NCBI GenBank assembly: GCA_038884715.1
Contig: JAWABG010000002.1
Location: forward strand, 10,275-74,274
Direction of reading: 5' to 3'
From: Candidatus Woesearchaeota archaeon
Lineage (GTDB): Archaea > Nanobdellota > Nanobdellia > Woesearchaeales > UBA9642
DNA length: 64,000 nucleotides
The translations under genes and the position numbers were made by a program. Of the stretch, positions 26,701-35,330 are shown piece after piece (position 1 is the stretch's first letter; the number at the start of each line of letters is the position of its first letter). Below the pieces are notes generated by a model. It did not search any database and was not told the origin of the DNA. It saw nothing but the letters and a program-made list of their open reading frames with translations.

Positions 26701-28523
26701 AAAGGGAAGTTAAACTAATAGACACAAAAATAATGGAGCAGGAGATGAAAAAAGCAGAAGAAGCAAGAAAAAGATACGAGCAAAATGCTCAGCAAGAAAT
26801 TATTCCTAAAGACAATACTAACGACTTACAAAAAATACCTAATTCAAACCATCCAAATACTGAATTACAAATAAATGAAAAAAAATCAACCTCAAATATT
26901 ACCGATAATGGATTCCCAAAATTTGAATATTCTTTACCAATTACGAGGGCAATAACATTTAATGATGGTCAATCTGCTACTAGTTTATCTGAGTTAATTG
27001 ATGTTCTGGACGGAATGACAGTTTCGACATTTAAGAATCATGTATCAAAACAAAAAAACGATATCGCCGAATGGATAAAAAAAGAATTTAATGATGATAA
27101 TCTGAGTAAAAAACTAGAAAAGTCAACAAAAAAAGAAGAAATGATTAAATTACTAAACACTGAAAAATCAAAAAATGAAAAAATTATTTTTAAGGATGAA
27201 AATACTAAGGATAACCTGAAAACTACAGAAAAATCATTCACGCTTAAAAAAGAACCAGGACCGATTATCGATAATAAAAATTTAGATGAAAAATTTGTAA
27301 AATCAGAATTAGAGACTCAACAAAAAACGGATAAAATAAAGAATGATTTACTAAGCGAGTTAACAGAATCTGAACAACATATTTCAAGCAATAAAACAAA
27401 AAAAAAAAGAAAGAGTCTTTTTGGATTTTTATTCAATAGAAAAAAGTCTGAAATAAAGCAGGATGGAGATTTTGACTCAGATCAAAAAACTGCTCAAGAA
27501 ATTAAAATCACGGAAAAACAAGTTAGAGATAATAAACTACAAAAAATTTCAGGTGAACAAATAAACAAGTCAATTTTAGGATTCTTGAAAAGTAATAAAA
27601 ATAGTTTGAGCACAAATAAGAAAAAAAAGGATAATTTGATGCCTGAACTTTTAATTCATGAACCATCAACCCTTAAAGAAACGAAGGAATTACTAAGCGA
27701 AGGTATCAACATTAAAGATAATAAAGATAAGAAAGAAGAAAAAAAGAGTATTCTAAAAACAGAAAATATTGATCAAACGAGGATATTTAATTTATCTGAT
27801 ACATTAAATTATAAAACCGAAGAATCCAATGAGAATTTAATTAAAAAAGATGAAGAAACATTAAAAAAAGAGATAGAGACTCGTTTAAAAGAAGAATTGA
27901 GTAAGCAGTTAAAGAAAGAATTTGAGAATAATCTTCGAAGAGAGATAGAGGCGAGAATAAGAAGGGAAATAGAGGATGAATACAACAGAAAACAGAGTGA
28001 GCAAAAACTCGATGTATCCGGAGTTACCAAAGTTCAAATTTCTGAAACTAGTACTGAAAACCCTAAACGCCCAAGCGAAAAAATTGAGCCAGTGGTTGAA
28101 AATAAAAAATCCAGTCAAGATAAAGAAAAAACTCTCGAGAAACGTTTCTCAGATATTGATTTTACAAAAATTAATGCAGAGGAATTGAAGTACAGAGCAG
28201 ATAGTCTTGAAACAATTGATGAGAAAATATTCTTATTGGAAAAGGGAGAAAAATATTTTGATTCTGATCCAAATATTAAGTTTTCTCTGGCTGTTCTTTA
28301 TCAGCTAAAGACAGATTATGAAAATGCTGAAAAGCAATATAAAAAAATACTTCAAATTAGTCCAAATAATATAGAGATTATGATGAGGTTGGGGCTTGTG
28401 CTCAAACATGAAAAAAAATATGATGAAGCTATAGACTATGTAAGGAGGGTATTAGTTATAGAACCAAAAAATATAAAAGCTAAGATGTTGCTAGAACAAC
28501 TAGAAGGTGAGAAGGCATTATGA
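23727..28523 (+). CDS. 1598-aa chimeric membrane protein: extracellular beta-rich domains, TM, HerA/FtsK-superfamily (DUF87-like) ATPase, coiled coil, NDF.NWI domain (copy 2), K/E-rich region, C-terminal TPRs
   Basis: TM1 is LIIICLLIVLALAGLIYFV. CarboxypepD_reg-like GNVTDASGNPLNDVLIVV...YYIFAVKSGY. TM2 is WKWLLLLLMLLLAYLTYRLI (about 25510-25575). Walker A is THMIVAGSTGGGKS (25731-25757) and Walker B is LLVYDEVHRL (about 26109-26135). TPR repeats lie at about 28150-28520. Confidence 0.75.
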   Translation: MTNKKLFRNDLIIICLLIVLALAGLIYFVNYTGYASLESRGGTITEIKIANILGNPEYWSGVHGVAVLVPEYNLPFSLDVYANKIHLGIFLFECFQRRIPHELYASLVNSTDLDWDTLQPATPEDVDAFLGINSTNSNVSATIMFRDNMTVQIGNRTFVVPSLYTRKLDENEPHTYDTGIMKDGNGNLVFVSHIYLYNMSLCYYGGLCNYQMLLPVRNCTYLINETTDCFTNPTNYKGYEHYYFFNDPTDYCPRGENPFLDYGNISGNVTDASGNPLNDVLIVVGEYGAMSNISNPISHYHIRMPVGEYYIFAVKSGYQTYLNKVNITFENMTFHNIIMQLMPIPNYNYNTQTHDFDYEYEIKPEIQMPARIEGQDFIISISSINKTIRMGEFIQEVINFQNLKNRTITVNIEINGAVKDLIQFDNKRLVIPPGETLPLVLTIFGKKEPGVYDGYLNVSGDINILIPITITIVKDRLPVEALLLDVEVYNKVVNIGDKVQFRTKLNNMLTAIPYPVSLKFTIQNKQGNETYWYDTANINLITSFSIFKEVKILDRMKPGDYVVRVTAEYLDLSSSASDSFQVVIPVYMFNILGFPVWKWLLLLLMLLLAYLTYRLIKKYIRSKKKYDVPIDISSLPKKDKNALYVGLLAETKIKAYLNIDNLTTHMIVAGSTGGGKSFSVQVIVEEVLQKRKSVLVFDPTGQWTGFLKKLTDKTLLRKYPEFDMDKNMAKGSDGNIKLINNPYEEIDLKKFIKPGEIQIFVLNRLRPEEIDIFIGNTIMQVFNQKFEESRELKTLLVYDEVHRLLPKFGGSGVGLLQLERGCREFRKWGIGLVMISQVLGDFVEEIRANIGTEIQMRTRDENDLQRIKEKYSDIFEKALLRSVVGTGMIQNAEYNNGRPYYITFRPIMHSIQKLSEEELNKYSELNDTLLDIEYQIEQLEKEKQDIFDLQLELRLAYDKLRTGAFSIVEVYLEGLIPKIDNIWKKLGKKPLKREVKLIDTKIMEQEMKKAEEARKRYEQNAQQEIIPKDNTNDLQKIPNSNHPNTELQINEKKSTSNITDNGFPKFEYSLPITRAITFNDGQSATSLSELIDVLDGMTVSTFKNHVSKQKNDIAEWIKKEFNDDNLSKKLEKSTKKEEMIKLLNTEKSKNEKIIFKDENTKDNLKTTEKSFTLKKEPGPIIDNKNLDEKFVKSELETQQKTDKIKNDLLSELTESEQHISSNKTKKKRKSLFGFLFNRKKSEIKQDGDFDSDQKTAQEIKITEKQVRDNKLQKISGEQINKSILGFLKSNKNSLSTNKKKKDNLMPELLIHEPSTLKETKELLSEGINIKDNKDKKEEKKSILKTENIDQTRIFNLSDTLNYKTEESNENLIKKDEETLKKEIETRLKEELSKQLKKEFENNLRREIEARIRREIEDEYNRKQSEQKLDVSGVTKVQISETSTENPKRPSEKIEPVVENKKSSQDKEKTLEKRFSDIDFTKINAEELKYRADSLETIDEKIFLLEKGEKYFDSDPNIKFSLAVLYQLKTDYENAEKQYKKILQISPNNIEIMMRLGLVLKHEKKYDEAIDYVRRVLVIEPKNIKAKMLLEQLEGEKAL

Positions 28524-29191
28524 TAGGTCCTGAAAAATATTTTTATCTATGCAATGGTGATGTACTGAGGAGTATTGAAGAGTTATATGATTATGTGAGC
28601 ATAATGCCAGATTTTGTTTTTTACCATCATGTGTCTAAGGAGCGTAATGATTTTTATAACTGGATAAAAGATGTTTTTCAAGATATTGGGCTAGCTAACC
28701 AAATAAAGGAAATAATAAATAAGGATGATTTTGTAGAGTTTTTTAAGAATAAAAAAGCAAATTCACAAAACATTAAACAGATAGCAGAATTAATGGAAAA
28801 ATTAAATGAAACAAAAATAAATAAAGAGGAGAGAAAGATAATAAAAGAATACAAGGAAAATAGTAGTAAGAAATTAAACGAGGATAAAATTTATGATCCT
28901 AAAGATCAAGAGAATAAGAGAATAATAATAAATAATTTGAATAATCAAATCGAGATCTCAAAAAAAGAAATTTCTGATCTTAGAAAAAAAGGAAAGGATG
29001 TTTTTTTATGTCAGATTTATTTTGATATTATTAAGGCGAAACAAAAAATTGCCGAGTTGAGTTTGGATGATAGGGATATTGATTTGTTAAGGGAATTAAA
29101 TGATAAACTAAAACAAGAAATTGAGTATTCAAAGAAAAACGAGGAAATAAATATTAGAAATGAAATTCAAGAGAAAGTAGAAATGCATTAA
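28520..29191 (+). CDS. NDF.NWI-domain (copy 3) plus coiled-coil protein
   Basis: FYLCNGDVLRSIEELYDYVSIMPDFVFYHHVSKERNDFYNWIKDVFQDIGLANQI. ATGA start/stop overlap with the 1598-aa gene. Confidence 0.6.
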   Translation: MIGPEKYFYLCNGDVLRSIEELYDYVSIMPDFVFYHHVSKERNDFYNWIKDVFQDIGLANQIKEIINKDDFVEFFKNKKANSQNIKQIAELMEKLNETKINKEERKIIKEYKENSSKKLNEDKIYDPKDQENKRIIINNLNNQIEISKKEISDLRKKGKDVFLCQIYFDIIKAKQKIAELSLDDRDIDLLRELNDKLKQEIEYSKKNEEINIRNEIQEKVEMH

Positions 29192-29295
29192 TGTTGTTTT
29201 AATATTTTAATATTTCATATTTTATTACTTATTGCTAAATAAATAATAAAAATAAATAAAGAATCGAAGAATAATAAAAAAGAGGTTGGCTTAAT

Positions 29296-30090
29296 ATGGG
29301 ATTATTCTCATTTGGGAAAAGAAAAAAAAGTAAAAATGAAGAAAATGATACTCAAGACTTTGATGAGTTTGACGAGCCAAAGGAAATAAAAATTAATTCT
29401 GATACTCTTGATTTAAACCTTAAAATTTCAAAGCTTACAGCACAGGTTGAATCATTAATGGAGCTTAGAAATTCATATAATGAGAGATTTCAGCAATTTT
29501 CTCAGCAACTCGGCGAAATAAGAATGATGGCTATGGATACGAATAGGTCTGTGCAACTAATACAACAAACAGCAGCAAAAGCTACAGAACTTATTGAACA
29601 AGTTCAGGCCGAGAAAATCCTAATGGAGATTGCTAAACAAGAGCAAAGACTTGAAATATTAAAGGCAAATATAGAAACAAATGATAGTGTGATACATAAG
29701 ATAATTGATGAATTAAAAGAAATTCGCAATCAGATGTCTTTTTATAAAGGAACACAACAGGTAATTGAGTTATTCAGTGAAATGAAAGAAAATTTGGTAA
29801 CGATGAAGAAAATTGAAAATAATGTTGTTAGGCATTCTGATAAAACCGAGCACATGTTTATAAATTTTGAAACAGTTCTTGCTAAGATTGCATATATTGA
29901 AAAGGGCTTTGAAGATCTACAAACAAATATTAAACTATTTACTAAAGAGCAAAAAGAAAAACAACAATCTGATTATAAATATTTGGAATTAAAAGTAGAG
30001 GATTTAAAAGTGCAATTGCAAGAAACTATACTTCAATTAAACAAAAGGTTGGATAAGTTCAGGGAAAATGTTAATAAGATTGAGTTTTGA
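29296..30090 (+). CDS. All-helical coiled-coil protein with a basic amphipathic N-terminus
   Basis: MGLFSFGKRKKSK, then an acidic linker and long heptad-like helices. No catalytic motif. Confidence 0.5.
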   Translation: MGLFSFGKRKKSKNEENDTQDFDEFDEPKEIKINSDTLDLNLKISKLTAQVESLMELRNSYNERFQQFSQQLGEIRMMAMDTNRSVQLIQQTAAKATELIEQVQAEKILMEIAKQEQRLEILKANIETNDSVIHKIIDELKEIRNQMSFYKGTQQVIELFSEMKENLVTMKKIENNVVRHSDKTEHMFINFETVLAKIAYIEKGFEDLQTNIKLFTKEQKEKQQSDYKYLELKVEDLKVQLQETILQLNKRLDKFRENVNKIEF

Positions 30091-30326
30091 TAATCCATAT
30101 TTATTTCATCACTTGCGATATTATTTTTAGAATAATCTTTTTTTATAATATCTTTTTTGATTCTTATTTATTTGCTATTATTTTATTATTTGCTATTATA
30201 ATTATATTACTTAATACTATATATTATTTTATTGTTTTTATTATATTTTAACAATTCTCAACAATGTTGTAATATTTAAAATAATATCTTTTTTTTATTA
30301 TTCTTTTCTGTGGAATTTCATAATTC

Positions 30327-31280
30327 TTATCTATAGAATTTGGCGGCGTCCTCTGGACTGATAGGGTTAATTATTATCCCTGTTTCGTATTCAAAACCTG
30401 CCCAGGTTGATAATCTTGGTGTAATCTCAAAATGTAAGTGAAGATTATTAACTCCTTGCTTTATTAGAATATTGAAAGGAGCGTTTATCAGTTTAAGCTT
30501 TTGTGTGATATATAGCAGTTGGTCAGCTATTTCATATTTTTCCTGGTCGTTAAGATCTGTTAGTTCTTTTATATCTCTTTTTGGAAAAACCCAAGCTTCC
30601 ATAATAAATCTTGATGCGTAAGGTGTGAAAGAAATCGTTGAATTTGTTTCTTTAATTCTCCTAAAGCTGTCTTTCTCTGAATTAATTATGCCACAATATG
30701 GACAATAATAATTTTTTTTCAAAAATTCATTTACTTTATTCTCTGCTATAAGAATGTCTGGTGGGATAACATTTATGCTTACCAGTTGCCAATGTGTATG
30801 CACAATTGATGTTCCAGCTTCTTTTTTGTGATTTTTAAAAATAACAATGTATTTTGTATTGGCGTTTTTTTTTAGTTCACGCATTCTATAACAAAAAACA
30901 TCTAACACTTCTTTTATTCTGTCAATGCTTAAATCCCAAAATTGTTGATTGATGTCTGGGGTTTCCACTATAATTTCATGCTTGCCAACCGCATCAGCGT
31001 ATGTGTAGAATGTATTGTCTGTTGAAATGCTAATCTTTCCCGCATTGCCAACTGCGGAGTATAGGTTTGGAAAAACCCTAATTTTCCAGTTACCATTATT
31101 ATCATTAACTCTGAAAATTTCTTCTGGCGTCAATTTTTCATTCCCGGGACCAAAAGAATCAATTTTTACTTCTTCTTGAATCTCATTTTTTTTAAATTGA
31201 TCAGGTCTTTTAGCTCGCTCAGTAGCGATTATTACATAATAATCCAGCAGATAATCTTTTCTCAATTCCAAGTATTTCAT
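30327..31280 (-). CDS. GalT-like (HIT superfamily) hexose-1-phosphate nucleotidyltransferase/phosphorylase
   Basis: His triad variant HTHWQ, a CPYC zinc motif, and a typical N-terminus ELRKDYLLDYYVIIATERAKRP. Confidence 0.7.
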   Translation of the reverse strand: MKYLELRKDYLLDYYVIIATERAKRPDQFKKNEIQEEVKIDSFGPGNEKLTPEEIFRVNDNNGNWKIRVFPNLYSAVGNAGKISISTDNTFYTYADAVGKHEIIVETPDINQQFWDLSIDRIKEVLDVFCYRMRELKKNANTKYIVIFKNHKKEAGTSIVHTHWQLVSINVIPPDILIAENKVNEFLKKNYYCPYCGIINSEKDSFRRIKETNSTISFTPYASRFIMEAWVFPKRDIKELTDLNDQEKYEIADQLLYITQKLKLINAPFNILIKQGVNNLHLHFEITPRLSTWAGFEYETGIIINPISPEDAAKFYR

Positions 31281-31351
31281 CCTCTTTTTTTATATAACAT
31301 TTTTTATTTTTATATAATTTTCATATAATAATCTCCTTTATTTTTATATAT

Positions 31352-33181
31352 TTATTTTTTTAATGCAAGATTGTGTGCTTCAATATAATTTTTAATAAGA
31401 AATTTCCAGTCTGCCAGCAAGGCAAGATTTTTTGCATCAATCTTTTTTTCGACTCTATCAGCATGACTTAATTCAGAATACTCTTTCAATATCTCAAAAA
31501 ATTTTTGTACAACCTCATCCTCAGTTTTTTGAAACCTGTCTAAAACATACATTCCCGAATTTTTGTCTTTAAGCCTTGGTTTGATAAATCTTCCGAACCC
31601 GGAAAGGTCGGTTGTCAGACTGCAAACACCAAGCGCTGCACCCTCTAAAGGGGTATATCCCCATGGCTCGTAATAACTCGGAAATAATCCTAAATGACAA
31701 CCAGCCATAGCATCATATAAAGGAAGGTTAATAAGACCGTCATCTCCATCTAAATAAACCGGATATATTATTGCCTTTACTGGATCATCTTCTTTATTAT
31801 CTACACCCAAGTCTCTTAGGGTTTTAACTACTATGTTATTATCTTCATTTATTAAGTAATGTGTTGATAGTGGTGGATTGCCCTTTCTCCTGAAATGAAG
31901 AATATTTTTTCTACCTTCTGTTAGAAATTCCTTTGTGAAAAGACTCTCGCTTGTTATGTTTTTCTCCAAAATCAAATCATATGTAATTCTTTTAAGCAAT
32001 TCAGCAGAGTTCCATTGTACAAAATTCTTTATATGCTGGTAGTATGATTTGTTTTCCATCATCTCTGTTCTTAATCCTCCATGTTCCATAGGAACCCAGA
32101 ACATAGCACATATTGTTCTTTTGCTGTTTTTTATTTTCAAGTAATCATTTAATTTTGCTAAAGCTTTAATAAATATGTCAATTCCCTTGTTTCTATACTC
32201 AAATCTCCCACTAATAAAGAAGAGAAGGCTGTGCTCTAAATCGAAGGCGTAGTGTGGAAAAAAATAATAAGTTAAAAACTCCCTAATCTTTTCTCTACAA
32301 GTTACGTGTTTTATACTTGTTTCTTCTATAGTTGGAAATTTTTCCATATCTAATCCGTTTAATACAAGGACTTCTGGCTTTCTGCCAAGGATTTTTTCTG
32401 CCTCAATACTAGTGATCTCTGAAACAGTTGTAAATATATCTGTTGCATTTGCGCAAGCCTTTTCTGTTAAATATTTATCTTGTACACCCAAAGAATATGC
32501 TTCTTTGTCTGGATCAATCTTTTCAAGATTTTCATACAATTGCCCTCCACTTCCCGCTATACTTCTGCCCAGCATTGTGGCGTGTGTTGTAAATACTGTT
32601 CTAATTTTAGAATTTGTTTTTTTTAGATAAAGTATTATTCCTCCCGCCATCCATTCATGACAATGCACAACAATTTTTTTATTTTCAAGTTTATTTTCAA
32701 TTATCTGAAGTAATCTTCCCACTGAATAAGACCACATCATTGGCTCATCAAAATCCCAATTTGATCTTAGCGAGTCAATCTTATAATCTTCCCACATTTT
32801 TTTTCTAAGATCATTTTTTTGTGGAATTCTTGCAGAAAAATCAATTAAAATTGTTAATGGTTCACTTTCTGCATCTATCCACTTACCAAAATAACAGATA
32901 ATTCCTTCATTATTTGCTTGATTGAATGACTTCTCTAAAAATTCAGGTGGATTCAATTTTTCAAAATGTATTTTTGCATTATTCTCAAAATATGGCCCTA
33001 TTAGAAAATAATTATTCCTACCATAATACTCAACCATTCTTGCAGTCTTGCTTTTTACAACAGTAAATATTCCACCAACTTTGTTGCAGACCTCCCAAGA
33101 ACTCTCGAATAAATAATCTGCTTCAGCCTTAATACTGTTTTGAGTTTTCTTTGTTTCATTTTTATTATCTTTTTGATTCAT
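31352..33181 (-). CDS. Glycogen synthase, eukaryote-type GT3 family
   Basis: FESSWEVCNKVGGIFTVVKSK, HCHEWMAGG, FTTHATMLGR, FISGRFEYRNKG and LFPSYYEPWGYTPLE are collinear with animal and fungal glycogen synthase motifs recalled from memory. Confidence 0.85.
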   Translation of the reverse strand: MNQKDNKNETKKTQNSIKAEADYLFESSWEVCNKVGGIFTVVKSKTARMVEYYGRNNYFLIGPYFENNAKIHFEKLNPPEFLEKSFNQANNEGIICYFGKWIDAESEPLTILIDFSARIPQKNDLRKKMWEDYKIDSLRSNWDFDEPMMWSYSVGRLLQIIENKLENKKIVVHCHEWMAGGIILYLKKTNSKIRTVFTTHATMLGRSIAGSGGQLYENLEKIDPDKEAYSLGVQDKYLTEKACANATDIFTTVSEITSIEAEKILGRKPEVLVLNGLDMEKFPTIEETSIKHVTCREKIREFLTYYFFPHYAFDLEHSLLFFISGRFEYRNKGIDIFIKALAKLNDYLKIKNSKRTICAMFWVPMEHGGLRTEMMENKSYYQHIKNFVQWNSAELLKRITYDLILEKNITSESLFTKEFLTEGRKNILHFRRKGNPPLSTHYLINEDNNIVVKTLRDLGVDNKEDDPVKAIIYPVYLDGDDGLINLPLYDAMAGCHLGLFPSYYEPWGYTPLEGAALGVCSLTTDLSGFGRFIKPRLKDKNSGMYVLDRFQKTEDEVVQKFFEILKEYSELSHADRVEKKIDAKNLALLADWKFLIKNYIEAHNLALKK

Positions 33182-33259
33182 TTTTTCTTGATTTAATATT
33201 TTACTTTAATTATTATATTACTAATTATTACATTAATAGTTATAGTGAATAATAAAATC

Positions 33260-33631
33260 TTATAACAGCAATTTTCCTATTATGCCACCAGCCACCAATC
33301 CAATTATGAGTCCAATCAAAAAGTCTTTTAATAATGTAAAATCACTTATTATATGACTTTTTCCAATCTCTTTTGTTAGTAAACTTGTTCTATTGTCTAT
33401 ACTTCTTAGTACTTCTTCTTTAGTTTTTGATTGGCGTACTGAATCTGCAAGTATTTTATCTTCCAAGCTGTACTCAATCCAGTTAGCAAAATCATTTTTG
33501 TCATTATTTAGATGATGAGAAAACTCTTCATCATTCATTGTTTCTATTGCTTTTTTTAATTCAAAGATGTTCTTAGCTTTAATGTTATTCTTTGCAATAA
33601 ATACCTCATCCTCTTTTGCTTCTTTTATCAT
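33260..33631 (-). CDS. NDF.NWI-domain protein (copy 4) with a C-terminal TM anchor
   Basis: IFELKKAIETMNDEEFSHHLNNDKNDFANWIEYSLEDKILADSV, with C-terminal LIGLIIGLVAGGIIGKLLL. Confidence 0.6.
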   Translation of the reverse strand: MIKEAKEDEVFIAKNNIKAKNIFELKKAIETMNDEEFSHHLNNDKNDFANWIEYSLEDKILADSVRQSKTKEEVLRSIDNRTSLLTKEIGKSHIISDFTLLKDFLIGLIIGLVAGGIIGKLLL

Positions 33632-33636
33632 CTAAC

Positions 33637-33984
33637 TCACCATAATTCTTTTATTATATATTCATAAATTTTTTTTTGAATCTCTTGTTTATTCTTTAGA
33701 TGTCTAATTTGTTCTGCTAATTCTGTTTCATCAAAAACATCTCTTATCCAATTGGAGAAATCATTCCTTTCATCATTGACATGATGAAAAAAGACAGCAT
33801 CCTCCATTTTACCCATTTCTTCAGCCAACTCTTTAATGTTTTTTATCTTTTTTCCGTCTCTGAGTATAAAAAAATACTTGTTTTCAATATCTTTTTTTAT
33901 TTTTGAAATACCAGCTTTATTTTTAGTTAGATTTTTATGCATAGAACTATTTCTAATTTTTTTTTTATTTTCCAAAGTTCTCAA
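33637..33984 (-). CDS. NDF.NWI-domain protein (copy 5)
   Basis: FFILRDGKKIKNIKELAEEMGKMEDAVFFHHVNDERNDFSNWIRDVFDETELAEQI. Confidence 0.6.
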   Translation of the reverse strand: MRTLENKKKIRNSSMHKNLTKNKAGISKIKKDIENKYFFILRDGKKIKNIKELAEEMGKMEDAVFFHHVNDERNDFSNWIRDVFDETELAEQIRHLKNKQEIQKKIYEYIIKELW

Positions 33985-34085
33985 CCTCTTTTATGTAAAC
34001 TTTATTTGTCTAACTTTCTAATCTCAAATAAACCCGCCAACTCAAATCTTTGATTTAGTTGTTGGTATATATAAATATTGTGATA

Positions 34086-35330
34086 TTATCTATTTATTGT
34101 TGTTGGAATATTATTTTGAACTATTTTTTGATCAATACATTTTTTATGTGCATTTATTCTTATCTGAATGTCGTGAATTACATTCATAAAATTTATAAAT
34201 GCTTCATATGGTGAATCATATGGATTGAAGTATTTATGTACGTCTCCATCATTAAACCATTTTGTGCACATATAATAAAAATGATCGCTTGTCTGTAATT
34301 TTCTCCAATTGTTAATGATCTCCGGATCGTTTGTTTTTAGTACATCTTGCTCTATTTCGTAGAGTTTGTGAATTGCTGATTGTTGCATTCTATTGCCGAG
34401 CCAAGCACTTAGATCTCGCTCAATGTCTGCCCACGAAATAAAATTATGGATGTCTACTTCGTCCATCGGTTCATATTGTAATAAATCTGATGGGTTCTTG
34501 AATTCAAGGTGTTTGTATTTTAGAATTTCATTAGGAAGATGGGATAAAAAATTAAAGATTCCTGTATCTTCCCATTGGTGCTCTCCGAATGTTTCATAGT
34601 CCATAAAAAGATTTATAGTTTGGCCTTGAGTTGCAGCAATCCACGAGGCAAACTTGTCCGCTAACAATGGGTGCTGTTCCCAACCTTTATTTGAAAATCT
34701 AAATGCTATATCATCGCTTAGTTTATAATTTTTTAATAGTAGCTTTAAGTTTTTTGTTGTTTTTGCCTTGTAAACATAGTTTGGGCTTCTCCAGCCAAGA
34801 ATATGGTCTGCTCCTTCTGCTATTATTCCTTTATAACCCATGTCTTCAATAAAATGAGCTAACTCATTATTGTATATTAATTCTGTATTTCTAAAAATTT
34901 TTGGTTTTTGGTTAAATAATGATTTAATTTTATGTTTATGTAAGTTAACCTGTTCTTTGAATTCTTTTTTTGAGTATAGATATGACAGAGAATGATGATA
35001 TGTCTCGCTTAGGATTTCAACATAACCAGTATCATTTAGCTTTTGAAACGATTCTATTACTTCTGGAGTATATTCTTCAAATTGTTCTAGGACAACTCCT
35101 GTGAAGCTATACGCAACCTTGAATTTGCCATTGTATTTATTTATTAAGTCTAACATTATTTTATTAGTTGGAAGATAGCACTTATTAGCAACTTTTTCAA
35201 TAACAAATTTATTTTTTGCATCATCGAAGTAATTAGTGTTGTGTCCAATATCGAAAACTCTGTATTTTCTTATTCTGTATGGTTGGTGTACTTGAAAATA
35301 AAAACAAATACTTGTCATTGTGATTTTCAA
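34086..35330 (-). CDS. Glycoside hydrolase family 57 (alpha-amylase / branching-enzyme type)
   Basis: N-terminus CFYFQVHQPYR, then ...EILSETYHHSL... and ...MDYETFGEH, consistent with the GH57 catalytic region. Confidence 0.75.
   Translation of the reverse strand: MKITMTSICFYFQVHQPYRIRKYRVFDIGHNTNYFDDAKNKFVIEKVANKCYLPTNKIMLDLINKYNGKFKVAYSFTGVVLEQFEEYTPEVIESFQKLNDTGYVEILSETYHHSLSYLYSKKEFKEQVNLHKHKIKSLFNQKPKIFRNTELIYNNELAHFIEDMGYKGIIAEGADHILGWRSPNYVYKAKTTKNLKLLLKNYKLSDDIAFRFSNKGWEQHPLLADKFASWIAATQGQTINLFMDYETFGEHQWEDTGIFNFLSHLPNEILKYKHLEFKNPSDLLQYEPMDEVDIHNFISWADIERDLSAWLGNRMQQSAIHKLYEIEQDVLKTNDPEIINNWRKLQTSDHFYYMCTKWFNDGDVHKYFNPYDSPYEAFINFMNVIHDIQIRINAHKKCIDQKIVQNNIPTTINR

Noticed and set aside
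30160-30205. Repeated tatttgctatta motif in the spacer after the coiled-coil gene
   Set aside because: There are only two loose copies in AT-rich sequence, which is not distinguishable from chance.
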